Both the position numbers and the translations under genes were made by a program. A stretch of 64,000 nt of DNA, from positions 393,700,001 through 393,764,000 of the forward strand of contig OZ024741.1 in NCBI GenBank assembly GCA_964016885.1. The letters run 5' to 3'. The DNA comes from Eledone cirrhosa. Lineage: Eukaryota. The stretch's first letter is position 1. Every line of letters begins with the position of its first letter. Below, one piece after another: positions 39,947 to 51,630 of this stretch. Under the pieces are notes generated by a model. That model had not been told where the DNA came from and ran no database searches. It saw only the letters and a list, made by a program, of their open reading frames with translations.

Positions 39947-40132
39947 TTGGCAGTATCGGTAGAGTGTCAGACAACATGCTTTGCGGCATAGAGTTACGAC
40001 CCTTTATGGTATGAATTCAAATCCTGCCTTTTATCCTTACAGGTCGACAAAATAAAGTACATGCAATGCTCTGGGATCGATTTAATTGACTTTCCTCTCC
40101 CTCAAATTGTTGGTCTTGTGTCTAAGTTAGAA
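39947..40132 (+). mobile_element. tRNA-derived SINE
   Basis: A box, degenerate B box and the SINE core. Confidence 0.85.
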
Positions 40133-40139
40133 AATATGC

Positions 40140-41870
40140 CAGGTTTGTCATGTTTATGAGCTACCATTGTGATTATTTAATATGGTAAAATGACTTACGA
40201 AGTGTTCAGAAATGATAAAAATGAAGATGACTTGATTACTTACATAATGCACATTTTAGCTTATTACTGAATGAGTTAAATATCACAGTCGTAAAAATGC
40301 TTAGGCTGACTACTAATGCATATTAGTAAACCGTATAATAGAATTATTTTGGTCTGTTAGAATTAGGTAAATATAATGCTGTCAGTCTTGTGAAAGCTTT
40401 AATATCTGAAGTAATGAGGAGAAAATAGATATAAAGAAACTTATAGCTATTGGTTGATGTATTGCTACTGTAATGGTAGAAATTAACAATGGTGTATAGC
40501 AAGAACTTAAAGATGAAATTCCTTCAATTATTTGAGTGACATGGATGTCACTCACTTTAGTTAGCAGAATTTCATGCTAATGATGACTGTCTACCAAGAA
40601 GTTTGGACATCTCTCATCATATAGCTGGATAGCCAATCCCAAACATACATCATCCATTTAAAGGTGTGGAAACCCAATGACAATTCTTATACACCTCATA
40701 ATTAGGCGATTAACTATTGAACCACTAGTGGATTGAATCAACAACCCATTTTCAAATTTTGAGAAATACTGAAAAGTGTTATATGATTGAGATCCATAAT
40801 TAAATGTGTTCAAATAAAAATAACTTGACATATTTGTTAGTTATGTAGTTTAGCCTTTGTGAAATATAGAGTGTGAGCAAAACACGTGTGTCAAAGACTG
40901 CTGATTAAACCAAATTATTTAATATTGTTGGTAAAATCATATGGAAATAAAATGAAACTCTTAAATTGATGTTTTGAAAAATATTTAGATCCTTAGTTTC
41001 AGTTTGGTTATGGATTTGAAAATAAATTGAAGAATTAAATAATCAAGGTAAAATTATAAACAATAGAGAAGGGAATATGAGAAAGGGATCTCAACAATTT
41101 CTTTTATGCTTATTCAAACAATTAACAGTGATTACAAGCACGTTTATAAATTCTGTCAGAAATGGTCTTAAGGCCAAAAAAATACAACTTAATTTCCAAA
41201 TTCATGAAATATTTGGATGCATCAAAACAATCTATATCGACCGTTGAACACCAATTTCAAAAACTCTATTTGTTGGATTCACTCTACATATATAGTTTTT
41301 TTCTTTTTATTCAAGTTTATAAATATAATTGTTTCTATTTTAGGCACAAGGCCAGCAATTACTCAGTACATTACTGGTACTTTATTTTATCGACCCCGTA
41401 AGGATGAAAGGCAAAGTTAACCTCGGCGGGATTTGTACTCAGATCAAAAAGGGACGTAACTCTATGCTTCAAAGCTTGGTGTCCGACTCTCTACCGATAC
41501 TGCCAATCCACCGCCCCTTGAAGTTTATAAATATAATGATCCAGGATATAATTCACTTAAAGACTTTACAAACTGCTCTCTTTCAACCTAGAATTGAAGA
41601 ATAAGACAATAAATGTTGCAATTATGAACTCTTTAACAAAATTCTCCAGCTATACAAACAATGATTTCTTTATTCTTAGAAATACAGAAATAGGTGTAGA
41701 AACAGTCAGAGCCATTGCCAGAATATTCTGCGTGAGCACTCTTTCACAAGGAACGTATTTCAGGACATGTTTTTATAAATTTTATTTTCTAAAGCTGGTG
41801 GTGCACCAGTAAAAAAAAGTGGGGGTGGAGGCAGTGCAATCCAATGCCCCCCTTTGGTGATGAACCTGAA
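40140..41870 (+). pseudogene. Heavily decayed hAT-family transposase, interrupted by a SINE at 41328-41518
   Basis: Frameshifted FSLLLNE..YFGLLEL..KKLIAIG..ATVMV..NNGV..LK..CHSLxLA. A GC-rich terminus-like tract ends gaacctg near 41868. Confidence 0.6.
41328..41518 (-). mobile_element. tRNA-derived SINE
   Basis: Full A box, B box and core. Confidence 0.92.
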
Positions 41871-41997
41871 AGCAGCAAATTTTACTGACCCAGCTCAATC
41901 CACTTCAATCATTGCATACTCCATGTTATAAGGTAGGGTAAATCAGTTTTTGTAAAATTTTTTTATCTTTAAAAGAATTTATTGGGATATCCCATAA

Positions 41998-42184
41998 ATA
42001 ATTGTTTCTACTATTGGCACAAGGCCAGAAATTACCCAGTACATTACTGGTACTTTATTTTATCGACCCCGTAAGGATGAAAGGCAAAGTTAACCTCGGC
42101 GGGATTTGAACTCAGAATAGCAAGGGCCGTAACTCTATGCATCAAAGCATGGCGTCCGACCCTCTACCGATACTGCCAATCCAC
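41998..42184 (-). mobile_element. tRNA-derived SINE
   Basis: Full A box, B box and core. Confidence 0.92.
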
Positions 42185-43099
42185 ATAAATAATGTTTTTT
42201 TATATTACTTTTATGTTTTAAAGTTAAGATGAATTGCTCTTTTCAAACCTTGAACTAAGAATAAGGACAAGGTGAATTTATTACCTGCGTTTATATAAAA
42301 TTTATGCAGGTGTTTATTCGCACTCTCCGACTTTTATTGCAAGTAATTGAAAAATCCACATTATTTATGGGATTACTCGATATATTTGAAAATGCTGTTA
42401 TAGATATTTAAAATTCCTTTTTAAAATGCATTTTTCATAGCTATATTATTTCTAGCTAATTTTTTTAATCTAGAGGAATTATTTTAGCTATAAAACTGAA
42501 CTTCAATTCTGTAACCCTGATCTAACATCAAAAGTCATTTACTGACTTATATACAAAATCTCATGCATTAAATGAACATTTTATTATAAAGAAATGGAAA
42601 TCATTTACTTCCTATATTTAATTATCTATATAGATTTACTCTGGGTAGGCTCTGTCCATCTCTTCTATTCATGCGACACACTCCTGACGTCGACATTAAG
42701 ATAAAATCGAGTTTATTGAGGTTATGGCTGATTGACATTAGTCCCTCGGGGGCATCACACCTCTTAATTTATCCTTCAATACCAATTGGTATTTCTCCGT
42801 TCTCATGACATAATATTTATTCAGTTGTTTCGACTATTGATATTTTAATGATAGTTCATTAACGGTAGATCAATATTGTATTTATATAATGTTATTATGT
42901 AGTTGGGAAAATTGTCAATAAATTAACTTGGAATTTATATTTATTTAATCAACAATGTTTACGAAAATTTATTTAAAATATACTTAAATCTTCTTTGATG
43001 TATATTGGTTTATGGAAGGCTGGCCATAAATTTACATAGTTCATGCTATTTCTACTAAATTCTATGCATTAAATAATATTCTATGGTACTTAATTATTG

Positions 43100-43300
43100 A
43101 TTTCTAACAAAGCTTCAATTTTGGAGGAAGTCTAGTATTTTATATCAACTTCAATACTTCTCTAATAATTTATTTTATTGACCCTCGGAAGAATGAAAGA
43201 CAAAGTTGAGTTTGACGGGATTTCAGCTTAAAACATAAAGAACCGTAACTAAATATTACAAGCATTGTTCTCCAACGCTATAGCGATTCCGCCAATTTAT
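43100..43300 (-). mobile_element. Old SINE copy
   Basis: Degenerate core ttattgaccctcggaagaatgaaagacaaagttgag. Confidence 0.7.
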
Positions 43301-43991
43301 ATTAAACTCAAGATATATATATCGTTATCATTAATAATTTTTTTTATTCCACCACGGGTGACTCTTTTAGCGTGGCTGGGGTCGACACACTCAAGGGCTA
43401 CCCCAGACAGCACACACTCTAGCAACGTTATTACCATATCCAACAAGCGAGCTGTTTTCCGTAAACTACCATAGGGTGAACGGTTTCTTATTTGTACAAA
43501 TCTCTCGCATCATTTTCACATTAACAACACATAAATAACGTTCGTTTCAGAGATTAGTAGATTAGGCAGTCCTCACGCCTTAAGAGGTATGTACAAATCA
43601 GAGGCCCCTAAACGCAAATATAACAAAGTTATCAACAATTAGATTCATTACTAGGAATTATCAACAAACTATTTTCCAAACTATTTTGGTGAGCGGGTCC
43701 GCTGACGACAAAGCTCTTGTAATCGTTGGTGTCTCGCCTTATCGAGATATCAGGTAAGGCCCGCGAGGGTGCTTGGCTATTACAGTTCCTTAGCCATGCT
43801 ATCACTCGCAGCAATGCTGCGAGTATGTTGGCTTGTATGAAAAAAATATTAAAAGGAAGCTTCAGCACCCTTGTTGTGGTGAATGTTTGAGTGTGTGGGT
43901 CTTTTCCTCCACCTTTGTTGTTCTCTCTTATTATCCCTACCTGTTCCTTCTTCTGTTTGGGCACTGTATATAGTCGTATTCAATGCAGCGA

Positions 43992-45010
43992 ATTGGCAGA
44001 GTCGTTAGAACGTCAGACAGAATGGCAGAGTCGTTAGAACGTCTGATAGAATGGCAGAGTCGTTAGAACGTCAGACAGAATGGCAGAGTCGTTAGAACGT
44101 CTGATAGAATGGCAGAGTCGTTAGAACGTCAGACAGAATGGCAGAGTCGTTAGAACGTCAGACAGAATGGCAGAGTCGTTAGAACGTCAGACAGAATGGC
44201 AGAGTCGTTAGAACGTCTGATAGAATGGTAGAGTGGTTAGAACGTCTGATAGAATGGTAGAGTGGTTAGAACGTCTGAGAGAATGGCAGAGTCGTTAGGA
44301 CGTCAGACAGAATGGCAGAGTCGTTAGAACGTCAGACAGAATGGCAGAGTGGTTAGAACGTCTGATAGAATGGTAGAGTGGTTAGAACGTCAGACAGAAT
44401 GGCAGAGTCGTTAGAACGTCTGATAGAATGGCAGAGTCGTTAGAACGTCAGATAGAATGGCAGAGTCGTTAGAACGTCAGATAGAATGGCAGAGTCGTTA
44501 GAACGTCAGACAGAATGGCAGAGTGGTTAGAACGTCAGACAGAATGGCAGAGTCGTTAGAACGTCTGATAGAATGGCAGAGTCGTTAGAACGTCAGATAG
44601 AATGGCAGAGTCGTTAGAACGTCAGATAGAATGGCAGAGTCGTTAGAACGTCAGACAGAATGGCAGAGTCGTTAGAACGTCAGACAGAATGGCAGAGTGG
44701 TTAGAACGTCAGACAGAATGGCAGAGTCGTTAGAACGTCAGACAGAATGGCAGAGCGGTTAGAACGTCAGACAGAATGGCAGAGTGGTTAGAACGTCAGA
44801 CAGAATGGCAGAGTCGTTAGAACGTTTGATAGAATGGTAGAGTCGTTAGAACGTCAGACAGAATGGCAGAGTCGTTAGAACGTCAGATAGAATGGCAGAG
44901 TGGTTAGAACGTCAGACAGAATGGCAGAGTGGTTAGAACGTCAGACAGAATGGCAGAGTGGTTAGAACGTCAGACAGAATGGCAGAGTGGTTAGAACGTC
45001 TGATAGAATG
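43992..45010 (+). repeat. 29-bp minisatellite (~35 copies) derived from the SINE A-box head
   Basis: Unit aatggcagagtcgttagaacgtcagacag; the rest of the SINE follows at 45011-45128. Confidence 0.95.
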
Positions 45011-46466
45011 TTTTGTGGTATTCGTTTCAACTCACTACTCTCTGTGTTTGAATCCCACCGAGATCAAATTTGCCTTTCATTCATTCGATGACGATAAAAA
45101 TGTACCAGTTAAGTACTGGGGTTGATTCTTCCTCTATATCTCCTTCCCACTTCCATTCTCTCACTCTCTCTATCCTTCTCTGGAAGAAATCTGCTGTATT
45201 CAGACTTGGAGGAGATTGGGCTTAAAATGGCCAAGAAACGCTGTATGTCAATACGGCACTCATACGACTCCACCAGGAGTTATGGGACTTTACCAGAGTC
45301 TTATTCATTTTATATGTACTCAAAATTAACTTCTTTTTCGTAATTATTGCACGTCATCGCTCTAGTCATAGTTATTAACTAATCGTATATGACGAGGAAT
45401 GAACATGCAAGTGACATGTGCAGTGGTCGGTGGGATAGTTAATGTCATGTAGAAAATATGTTGTTTCAGATCTGGAAAATACGGTTAGTGTTTAGAAATT
45501 CAAAGTTATTTTAATTTTAACTTAACACGTTTAGATTACTGTACAAGAGAGGAAAATGTACGTTACATTCAATTTCATTTGAATATATATAATTATATTA
45601 GAACACAATGTATTGAATTAGTACATAATGTATTGAAATTTAATTACATTATATACATTTATCTACGTCATATGCAATTAACGAGCCAATTAAAGAACTT
45701 CTACGTAGTCGGTCACCTGGCCTGCTAGAAAGGGAAATGGAAAGAAGAATGAGGTGTCGTGATTTGCTGAGAGGGTGCCTGGTTATTTCAGCGCCTAAGC
45801 CTCGCCATCACTCGTGGTAATGATGCGAGCGTGCTGGCTTGCCTCAAAGTGTGTAGTTAACCCATAACATGTGAGGTGTTGCTAATTGTCGCACTTGGTG
45901 GTGAACCCCCCCCCCCCCCACACACACACACACACTTTTTTCTTTTCTTTATCATTATTGTTCAATGAATTATATTATTATATTTTTATACACGGTTTAG
46001 ACATATTTGTAATGTTCTTTTGAACGAATTACGAGCAATTTATAGTGTTATTTATGCATATATTTAAAACATATTTGTAATGTTATTCAACTGTAAATTT
46101 ATACAATATATTAAATATTAAAGTGGGGTTAATACTTTTAATAAATGAAACTGCAATGTCGGATATAAAAAGAAAGAAAGAATACAACAACAGAAGAACC
46201 ATATGGTGGTATAGCTTGATGACATAAAGGTGTGTAATTCTGTTCATTACTCATGACTGCTGAGATATGTAATTAGGGAAAGTATGTGCTGCTCTTGAAA
46301 GGTCCACAGAACCCTAGTAAACTATCCTCACGAACTCAAATTACAGGCAAATAGAATTTTCTAAGGAACAGTATCTCCGTGCTTCTATTTATTTTGATAC
46401 TAAATCCAAGAGTAATTTTCTCTAACAAAAATGGCGATAAATTAGGGCCCAAATATCCAGATACAA

Positions 46467-46653
46467 TAATTGTTTCTACTTTTGGCACAAGGCCAGAAAT
46501 TATCACAGTACATTACTGGTACTTTATTTTATCGATTCCGTAAGGATGAAAGACAAAGTTAACCTCGGCGGGATTTGAACTCAGAATGGCAAGCACTGTA
46601 ACTCTATGAGTCAAAGCATGGCGTCCGACCCTCTACCGATACTGCCAATCCAC
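46467..46653 (-). mobile_element. tRNA-derived SINE
   Basis: Full A box, B box and core. Confidence 0.92.
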
Positions 46654-46972
46654 AATAATATCATTCATTTCATTTGTTATTGATCTAAACACCAACAACG
46701 TGCTGTTATACAATCAAATTTAATAACGGTTTCTGATTTAGGCACAATGCCAACAATTTTTTGGGGGGATGGGGGTGGGGTGGAGTCGATAAAATACCTA
46801 ATATCTGACTGTATCTAAAGAATTAACTCAGGGAAACTCAGAACTTCTCTATGGATTTCACTGGATTACATTGAGTTCTATCTACGGTACGGACCCTACC
46901 ACCAGAGGTAGACAACACTGAAAAAAGAAAAAATATATGTGTGTATGTGTGTGTGTATATATATATATATAT

Positions 46973-47155
46973 ATAGGAACCAGTAAGACCCCGACGGCTG
47001 AGCTCAAGCCGTTTCGACAGCTAATTCTTAGCCGACGAAACGGCTTGAGCTCAGCCGTCGGGGTCTTACTGGTTCCTATTACCCACTCTACTACCCCAAG
47101 TATTGAGTACTTTGGTGCGTTATGGTACACCTGGTTCCTTACCACATTTCCTTCG

Positions 47156-47160
<5 letters not shown>
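46973..47160 (+). mobile_element. Fold-back mini-element family B, copy 3
   Basis: Perfect 44-bp outer arms within 46973-47079; inserted in (TA)n. Confidence 0.85.
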
Positions 47161-47198
<38 letters not shown>

Positions 47199-47199
<1 letters not shown>

Positions 47200-47527
47200 A
47201 TTAAACATACGGTATATTGCCAAATATACTATACATATATTCATGTATACATCGCTATTTCAGAGCACCAATCCTAATACCTAATTTTTGCTGGACCGGC
47301 AATCGCTCTGTATAATCAGTTCCTGGTTATTACTGGAATTCTATAAGAATCCAACTTCTACAATTTTTGGTGGAAGCAGGGGTGTACGTGGCTCTGATGA
47401 ACGCCAACCAGCGTGAACAGACTCTCAGCTTCTCTTCCTTCTTTTGCCGAAAACTGCTAGCGTATGGTCTTTTATATGTTTTTAATTAAACATACGGTAT
47501 ATTGCCAAATATACTATACATACATTA

Positions 47528-47535
<8 letters not shown>
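47199..47535 (+). mobile_element. Retrozyme-like ~286-bp unit with terminal direct repeat (family R2)
   Basis: aattaaacatacggtatattgccaaatatactatacata at 47199 and ~47484; hammerhead at 47390-47430. Confidence 0.7.
47390..47430 (+). ncRNA. Type I hammerhead motif
   Basis: ggct-CTGATGA-acgc-caacca-gcgt-GAA(c)A-gactc-TC-agct. Confidence 0.65.
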
Positions 47536-47563
<28 letters not shown>

Positions 47564-47976
47564 GGCCGACTATATATGCTCACTCCACTTTTCACTTCAC
47601 TGCTTTGTATACACATATACACAACCTTATATTAACATACTTTTGCTCATAGCTTCGTACTTACATGCACACACACTCTTTTACTCACATATACACACAC
47701 ATTTCGTCTTAGCTTCGTACGGACGTATAATAACACACACACACACATGCTTACGCACGTGCACAAGTATAGCCCCTTTTACAAAACGATTTTTTTTCCA
47801 TTTCAGGTAGACACGCTCCATCATCCACTTTTCTAAAATATAAATCATACACAAAACGCCAGCACCAACAGTTTTGCAAAAGATGTCAACATGAATGGAC
47901 CTGTTATTTTTATCTAAAGACATTTTTTCCCATTTCAGCCCGCCCATCCCCTAAATCTATCTTATTTCTCATTATT

Positions 47977-48012
47977 TCTACTGATGAAGGACTAGCGTCC
48001 GAAACGTTTAGA
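47977..48012 (+). ncRNA. Canonical minimal type I hammerhead ribozyme
   Basis: tcta-CTGATGA-a-ggac-tagc-gtcc-GAAA-cg-TT-taga. Stems I and II are intact and stem III is the palindrome ACGT. Confidence 0.85.
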
Positions 48013-48799
48013 CCCACTTCCTGCTATATCAAGCGTTAACCTAATATATCCCTTCCATATACTGTACCGATTGTGTTGTTATTTCTGTTTACCTTTTACA
48101 CACACATGTATATATATATATATATATAAATCTACATACATATACATACATACATTTACGTATGTATATAGCTATACATTTATATATTTGTATATATGCA
48201 TGCATTTATATTTAAAGATGTTGACATGATTTATGTTTTATTACCTAGGAAGATTAACTACCACAGTTTTTCAACCTCATCAAACACCAACGCCGGCCTG
48301 TGTGTGTATATATGTGTGTATGTATGTATGTATGTACGTATGCATGTGTATGTTCGTATGTATGTATAAGTATACACCCACACCTGTCATCACAATTGCT
48401 TCTTTTTTTTTGTTATTTCTGTTGAAGTTGTTCTTGTAACTGTTGTCATAGTTGACGTTGTCCTTATTTTCATTTTCTTTGATTTCTTTCGTTTTTCTTT
48501 TATCTCCCTAGGGAATTCGTTGACAAGCTTCTTTTATTTATTTTCTTCGTTTTCTTCATTCAAATGCATTCCCACTGGCTGTCTCAGAGACGTACAAATA
48601 TGGCTTATAAGATTTACCAAAGTAAAGAGCCTTCCAGCGCCCCACCAAAGCTTCAAACGCCCCTAACACCTCTCCCCCCCCAGCTCCGAAACGACCCCTT
48701 CCCCGTTGAGAACCTTTGGTTTAAACAGATCGAATGTCGTATAAAACCACTGAGACTGCACATATAGCAATTCCGTCCAATGGACTTCTACAATGATGG

Positions 48800-49750
48800 C
48801 ATCGTATATAATTAATACTAAGGTAACAGTGCTAACACAACATTGTTAGTAACTTCATCTAGCTTCTAAAACTTGACAAACGCTGAAATTACCGGCATTG
48901 TTTTGGTATCTTGAATTAGCCATTTATTTTCCATTTAATTTTGTCTAAACTGAACAAAGCAATAATGATAAGTGATATGGGTATGTCAGTGTCAAAGTTG
49001 AAAAACAATTGTCTAAGGATATGTCCATTCAAAGTAGTTTCTCCATATCTTGATCCACGATCAGTAGATTGATATTTGCAGGGAAATATCAATCCTACTG
49101 TTGATCAGCTGTTGTGATATGTCATCAGTATTAGATATTAGGACAACGTCATCTGCAAAAGGCTTCTCCAAAGAGAATTTTGTTAACTTAGCCCTTAGTA
49201 AATAAATAACTTTATAAATTACACGTCAGGCACAATGTATAGGAGGGTTCTTTGTATGGATTTGTAAAGTCGATATTTAGCAGCTAGTAGACGACCAAAA
49301 CGGATGATGAGAAAACACAACTTTGTTTAACTCTATTGTTGATCTAGAAAAGTTAACTTTTAACTTTATGTATCATTAACTTTTTAATATAATGAATTCA
49401 TTATATTTAGTAGCTTAGAAGCACTATTTGCACCTGCTTATAGGTCAAATACCTATGTTATATGAATGAAGGCAATGTTTTAGATCTAGTAGATTAAGAA
49501 AATTATGTTTCTTGCTGGTCTTTCTCATGTTACACTACACTGGGATTGATTAAACAAAGTATACACAATCTCTATTCAAGTTAAAGTTATTCTAGCGAAC
49601 TTCGTTGTTGCGATTATAAGAGAGATGATGTAGTAATTACTGCAGCATATAAGTCCTTTGTTCTTTTAAATCGTAATTATGTTGACATTCTCTTTGTTTT
49701 CAAGAAAGAACGCTAGTCTTTTTGTCGAATTCTTTCAGTTGTGACCTCAT
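48800..49750 (-). mobile_element. Very old non-LTR RT remnant
   Basis: LLDLK and PFADDVVLIS motifs on the minus strand. Confidence 0.45.
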
Positions 49751-49779
49751 CATCTAATTAGCTTTCAATGTCATCAAAT

Positions 49780-50108
49780 GTTATTTTTGAGACAGTTTTC
49801 TTTGGAATACAAACTCAGATAGCACTTGTCTCATCTCTTTAACTGTTATGTTGCCAGTTTGGTTTTCTGATCCTAACACAGTGATTTGATTTTGAAAGGC
49901 AAACAGCTGCAGTGCAAGCCACACAAGCGCTTTACTGAAATATACCACGAGGAAGGTGAATATCAACACTGAAACATGGGAAAATCTTGTAGCAGACATA
50001 ACCCAGTAGCGAAATAACACATTTGAGTAGCCTATACAACTTGATTTTGCATGTGGTATCTGTACCAAAGCGTGACACTCTGCAGGTGGGGTAACACGAC
50101 ACCACAAA
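49780..50108 (+). mobile_element. RTE 3' fragment with (TATG)n tail
   Basis: KPHKRF..KVNINTETWENLVAD. Confidence 0.6.
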
Positions 50109-50125
50109 ATGTATGTATGTATGTA

Positions 50126-51156
50126 TAAGAGAGGGAAATTCTGAAAAAAAAACCTGTGGCTTCGGAAGCATCCGATGATGTTGACCAGTTCTCCTTTTCG
50201 GGTAGTGTTTTCGATGCTCAGAGAGTGGGATTGGTCGAGTGCAAGGCCTTTCTCCACTTCAAAAACCTTCAAAGCACAGACATTGCTTGTTTAGGATCTG
50301 TTACAAGCGATTGCAATACTCTTAGCAGAGTCTGCAGACATCATATTGTGAGGGTACACGGTAGGCGTAGCATAGGCGGGAGCATTCTTGCGTCTCTCGG
50401 TTACGGTGGCGTCATTGCGGGCCGACCGGTTGAATTTATATTCGACCCACCGGTTTTGTGGCGGTGTTTGCTGTCGTCGGGTATCGTGGGCGTTTGCGTC
50501 GATGAAAAACCGCCACTTCGCTCACTCGATTGAGAATGGATGGGGCCGTCGCCGAGCGGTGGTTCATTTATCTGGTGCGAAGCGTGCGGTGCATGTTGCG
50601 CGCGCACACGTTATGTCAGGTGGTTCTCGAGTGCTACTGGCAACATGTAACCCAGTACAACCTGTCTCATAGTCGGGTCGTCGGTGACTAAACCGACAAC
50701 CGCACCAAGCTTGCTTGGTGAAGAGGGTGATATTTGGACACCCTGCGGGATGAAATACAAGACTCGGCAAAGGGTGGAGGAACTCAATAGAATCAGCGGC
50801 CATCCAAATAGTACTTTTTATTACTTTTCTTTTTTATAACCTGGGAGTGAAAGACCCCCCCCCCCCCCCAGTTGTTGTCACAACACCTTTCTAAGAGAGG
50901 GAAACTCTGAAAAAAAAAAAACCCCTGCGGCTTCGGAAGCATCCGATGATGTTGACCAGTTCTCCTTTTCGGGTAGTATTTTCGATGCTCAGAGAGTGGG
51001 ATTGGTCGAGTGCAAGGCCTTTCCCCACTTGAAAAAACTTCAAAGCACAGACATTACTTGTTCAGGGTATGTTACAGGTTTGTGTGACTGGCCGTAGCTT
51101 AAAAGTGCACCAAACTCTATAATCTGCAGTATTCTTAGCAGAGTTCGCAGCCATCA
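50126..51156 (+). mobile_element. Family C, a sister of family A: partial copy 50126-50346 and full copy ~50615-51156
   Basis: 50126-50300 is about equal to 50892-51080. The head 50630-50810 is homologous to 12122-12300 and 63490-63682. Confidence 0.75.
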
Positions 51157-51167
51157 AGTATGTATGT

Positions 51168-51580
51168 ATCACCGGGAGAGATGACCCCTTAGCCTTTGTC
51201 AAGGCAGAATTCTAGGAGAAGGAAAACTCTGATATAACACCTGCAACTCTGATGGTATCCAATGATGTTGACTTGTTCTTCTTTTTGGTAAATATCATCT
51301 TGGTTAAGAGAGTGGGACTGGCTTTGTGCAGTGCCTTTGCTCACTATAAAAGCTTCACGGCACAGGCATTGCTTTATATCTGGAGATCTCTCTGCACTTG
51401 TCGTCACATGGTACCATGGGCCTAGCACTATGTGTCAATAATTGTCACAGGTCTAGTCTTTGTACCAGAGTTTTCAAGTCGCTGGCTGGACTAAAAAGTC
51501 ACACTCGTTTAGCGCATCGTTAGGGGTTCTCCTACATGGATATAAAGTAGTGGCCGTACTCGAAAACGAGTTGGCAGCCT
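51168..51580 (+). mobile_element. Family A short form, between (TATG)n tracts
   Basis: Near-identical to 12299-12710. Confidence 0.88.
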
Positions 51581-51630
51581 GTATGTATGTATGTATGTAT
51601 GTATGTATGTATGTATGTATGTATGTATGT

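Noticed and set aside
43992-45010. CRISPR-like array of 29-bp repeats
   Set aside because: The units are contiguous with no unique spacers, there are no cas genes, the context is eukaryotic, and the unit is a SINE head.
48600-48770. Gypsy gag N-terminal-like peptide (ENLWFKQIE)
   Set aside because: Too short and degenerate, with no LTR or pol nearby.
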